A stretch of 64,000 nucleotides of DNA, taken from positions 273,172,001-273,236,000 of the forward strand of contig NC_091978.1 of the NCBI RefSeq assembly GCF_044704955.1, read 5' to 3'. Positions within the stretch are counted from its first letter, which is position 1. Each line of letters begins with the position of its first letter. The stretch is from Pristiophorus japonicus. Lineage: Eukaryota. The position numbers were made by a program, and so were the translations under genes. Shown piece by piece: positions 62,339 through 64,000 of the stretch. The notes under the pieces are model-generated. The model ran no database searches. It was not told the DNA's origin and saw nothing but the letters and a program-made list of their open reading frames with translations.

Positions 62339-62385
62339 CTGTGAAAAGTGCTTCCCACAGATGTTACATTCAAATGGTTTCTCTC
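62339..62385 (-). CDS. ZBTB49: ZBTB49 internal 47-nt zinc-finger exon (upstream exons, including BTB, lie beyond the window)
   Basis: AACAG|(G)EKPFECNICGKHFSQ|GTAAAA; joins in frame to AGNLQTH of the next exon. Confidence 0.92.
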
Positions 62386-62665
62386 CTGTTAAACACAATG
62401 AAGTACATATATTAGGAAGATAGACAAAACAATTCACAATGGACATCGGTCATCTTTCCTTTGTATATGTGTACTGGTTACCGACAACATTTGGCAAAGA
62501 ATCTAGAATCTATAAACCGGTCTCAATCAGGAATCACTGACAAAGATAATGTAAAGTACCAAGTTGTCAGTTATTTAATGACAACAGCTGCTGCCATCTG
62601 GCCTCCCTTCAAATAAAAAGTGGCCGTAGAATAAATTAGATTCCTTTTCACACCTTTCTGTGTGC

Positions 62666-63420
62666 AACAACTTGTATTTACATAGCGCCTTTAACGTAGT
62701 AAAACGTCCCAAGGCGTGTTATCAAACAAAATTTGGCACTGAGCTACATAAGGAGATATTCGGGTAGATGACCAAAAACTTGGTGAAAGAGGTAGGTTTG
62801 AAGGAGTGTCTTAAATGAGGAGAGAGGTAGAGAGCTGAAGGCATGGCTGCCAATGGTGGAGCGATTAAAACCAGGGATGTGCAAGAGGCCAGAATTGGAG
62901 GAGCAGTGATATCTTGGGGGGTGGGGAGGGGCTTGTGGGGTTCAAGGAGATTAGAGATAAGGAGGGGTGAGGCCAAGGAGGGATTTGAAAATGAGGATGA
63001 GAATTTTAAAATCAAGGCATTGTTTAACCAGGAGCTAATGTAGATCACCGAGCATAGGGGTGATGGGTGAACATACTTGGTGCGAATTAGGACATGGGCA
63101 GCAGAGTTTTGGATGATCTCAAGTTTTCGGAGGTCAGAGCTTGTGAAGCCGACCAAGAGTGCAATGGAATAGTCAAGTCTAGAGGTTACAAAGGCATGGA
63201 TGAGGAATTTCAGCAGCAGAGGAGCTGGGGCAGGGGCAGGGGCAGATACAGGCGATATTACGGAGGTGTAAATAGGCAGTCTTGGTGATGGTGCGGATAT
63301 GTGGTTGGATCTAGGGGCCAAATATAAAACCAAGGTTGTGAACAGTCTGGTTTAGCCTCAGAAAGATGCTTAAGGAGAGGGATTAAGTCAGTAGCTAGGG
63401 AACAGAATTTGTGGCAGGGA
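62666..63420 (-). mobile_element. L2-clade LINE 3' fragment
   Basis: LIHAFVTSRLDYSIALL..LEIIQNSAAHVL is typical of the L2 RT C-terminus; 3' tail AAAGGCGCTATGTAAATACAAGTTGTTG. Confidence 0.8.
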
Positions 63421-64000
63421 CCGAAAACAATAGCTTCGGTCTACCCAATACTCTGTTGGAGGCAAAGTTGTAGTAGTGCTGATGCAAGGAAACAGAAAGC
63501 CCAGAGTTCAGAATAAGAGATGCACTCCTAAGAGGAGGAAGGGTGGTGGGAGTAGGTTTGGCTGGGAGTGGGGACGCTGGTATAGAGAATCGGGTCACGG
63601 TAGGATCATGAGGGACTGAGTCTGCAAGGGAGTGGGGGTGGGGGGTGGGGGGGGGGGTAGTTACAGTTTGCTTCCCTGATTATATTACATCAGCCTCACA
63701 GTATAATTGTGCTCTTTGTGCATGTGTTGCAATGACAACATCGACACATAGTAGCACCTGGGAATTGTAATTTTTGGCTGCAACTATTGGGCTTCAGCTG
63801 AGATGTAAAGTATCAGAATAAAGGTGCACTCAAGCGATCAGGAATAATAAGGCGACCTGACAGGTTGCATCAGGCTGTGCATGTAAGCATCCATGGGGTA
63901 GAAGATGGGATAAATAAATGTAATGATTACATTTTCTAACTTGTTACATTTGTGTTTAATCATATTATAAATACAATGACAACACTTCAAAAATACTTCA

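Overview
Eukaryotic, repeat-dense vertebrate DNA. The repeat families (CR1 LINEs with SGNH-esterase ORF1, RTE and L2 LINEs, Deu-domain and LF-type SINEs) point to a cartilaginous fish (shark); this is an inference. The only host gene I can support is the 3' part of ZBTB49 on the minus strand: five GT-AG coding exons at 62385-62339, 56384-56311, 54902-54820, 53353-53192 and 44696-44005. The left 34 kb is a pile-up of nested mobile elements. It holds two Gypsy copies, an RTE LINE and many CR1 copies. It also holds two complementary remnants of one PIF/Harbinger family, one keeping the spliced Myb/SANT gene and the other the DDE transposase. The most notable element is a 14.6-kb LTR element (19015-33628) with a tRNA-Ser-like PBS, an integrase GPY remnant and a long degraded class-I-fusion env. 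That env looks like the Mononegavirales-F-like Env of lokiretroviruses and appears to carry a large extra segment. Three C-rich minisatellites flank short unique islands with ETS/NRF1-like motifs at 33.7-37.9 kb. There are no CRISPR arrays, rRNA or intact tRNA genes. All family assignments come from recognising motifs by eye, not from database searches, and repeat boundaries are approximate unless a terminal motif is quoted.
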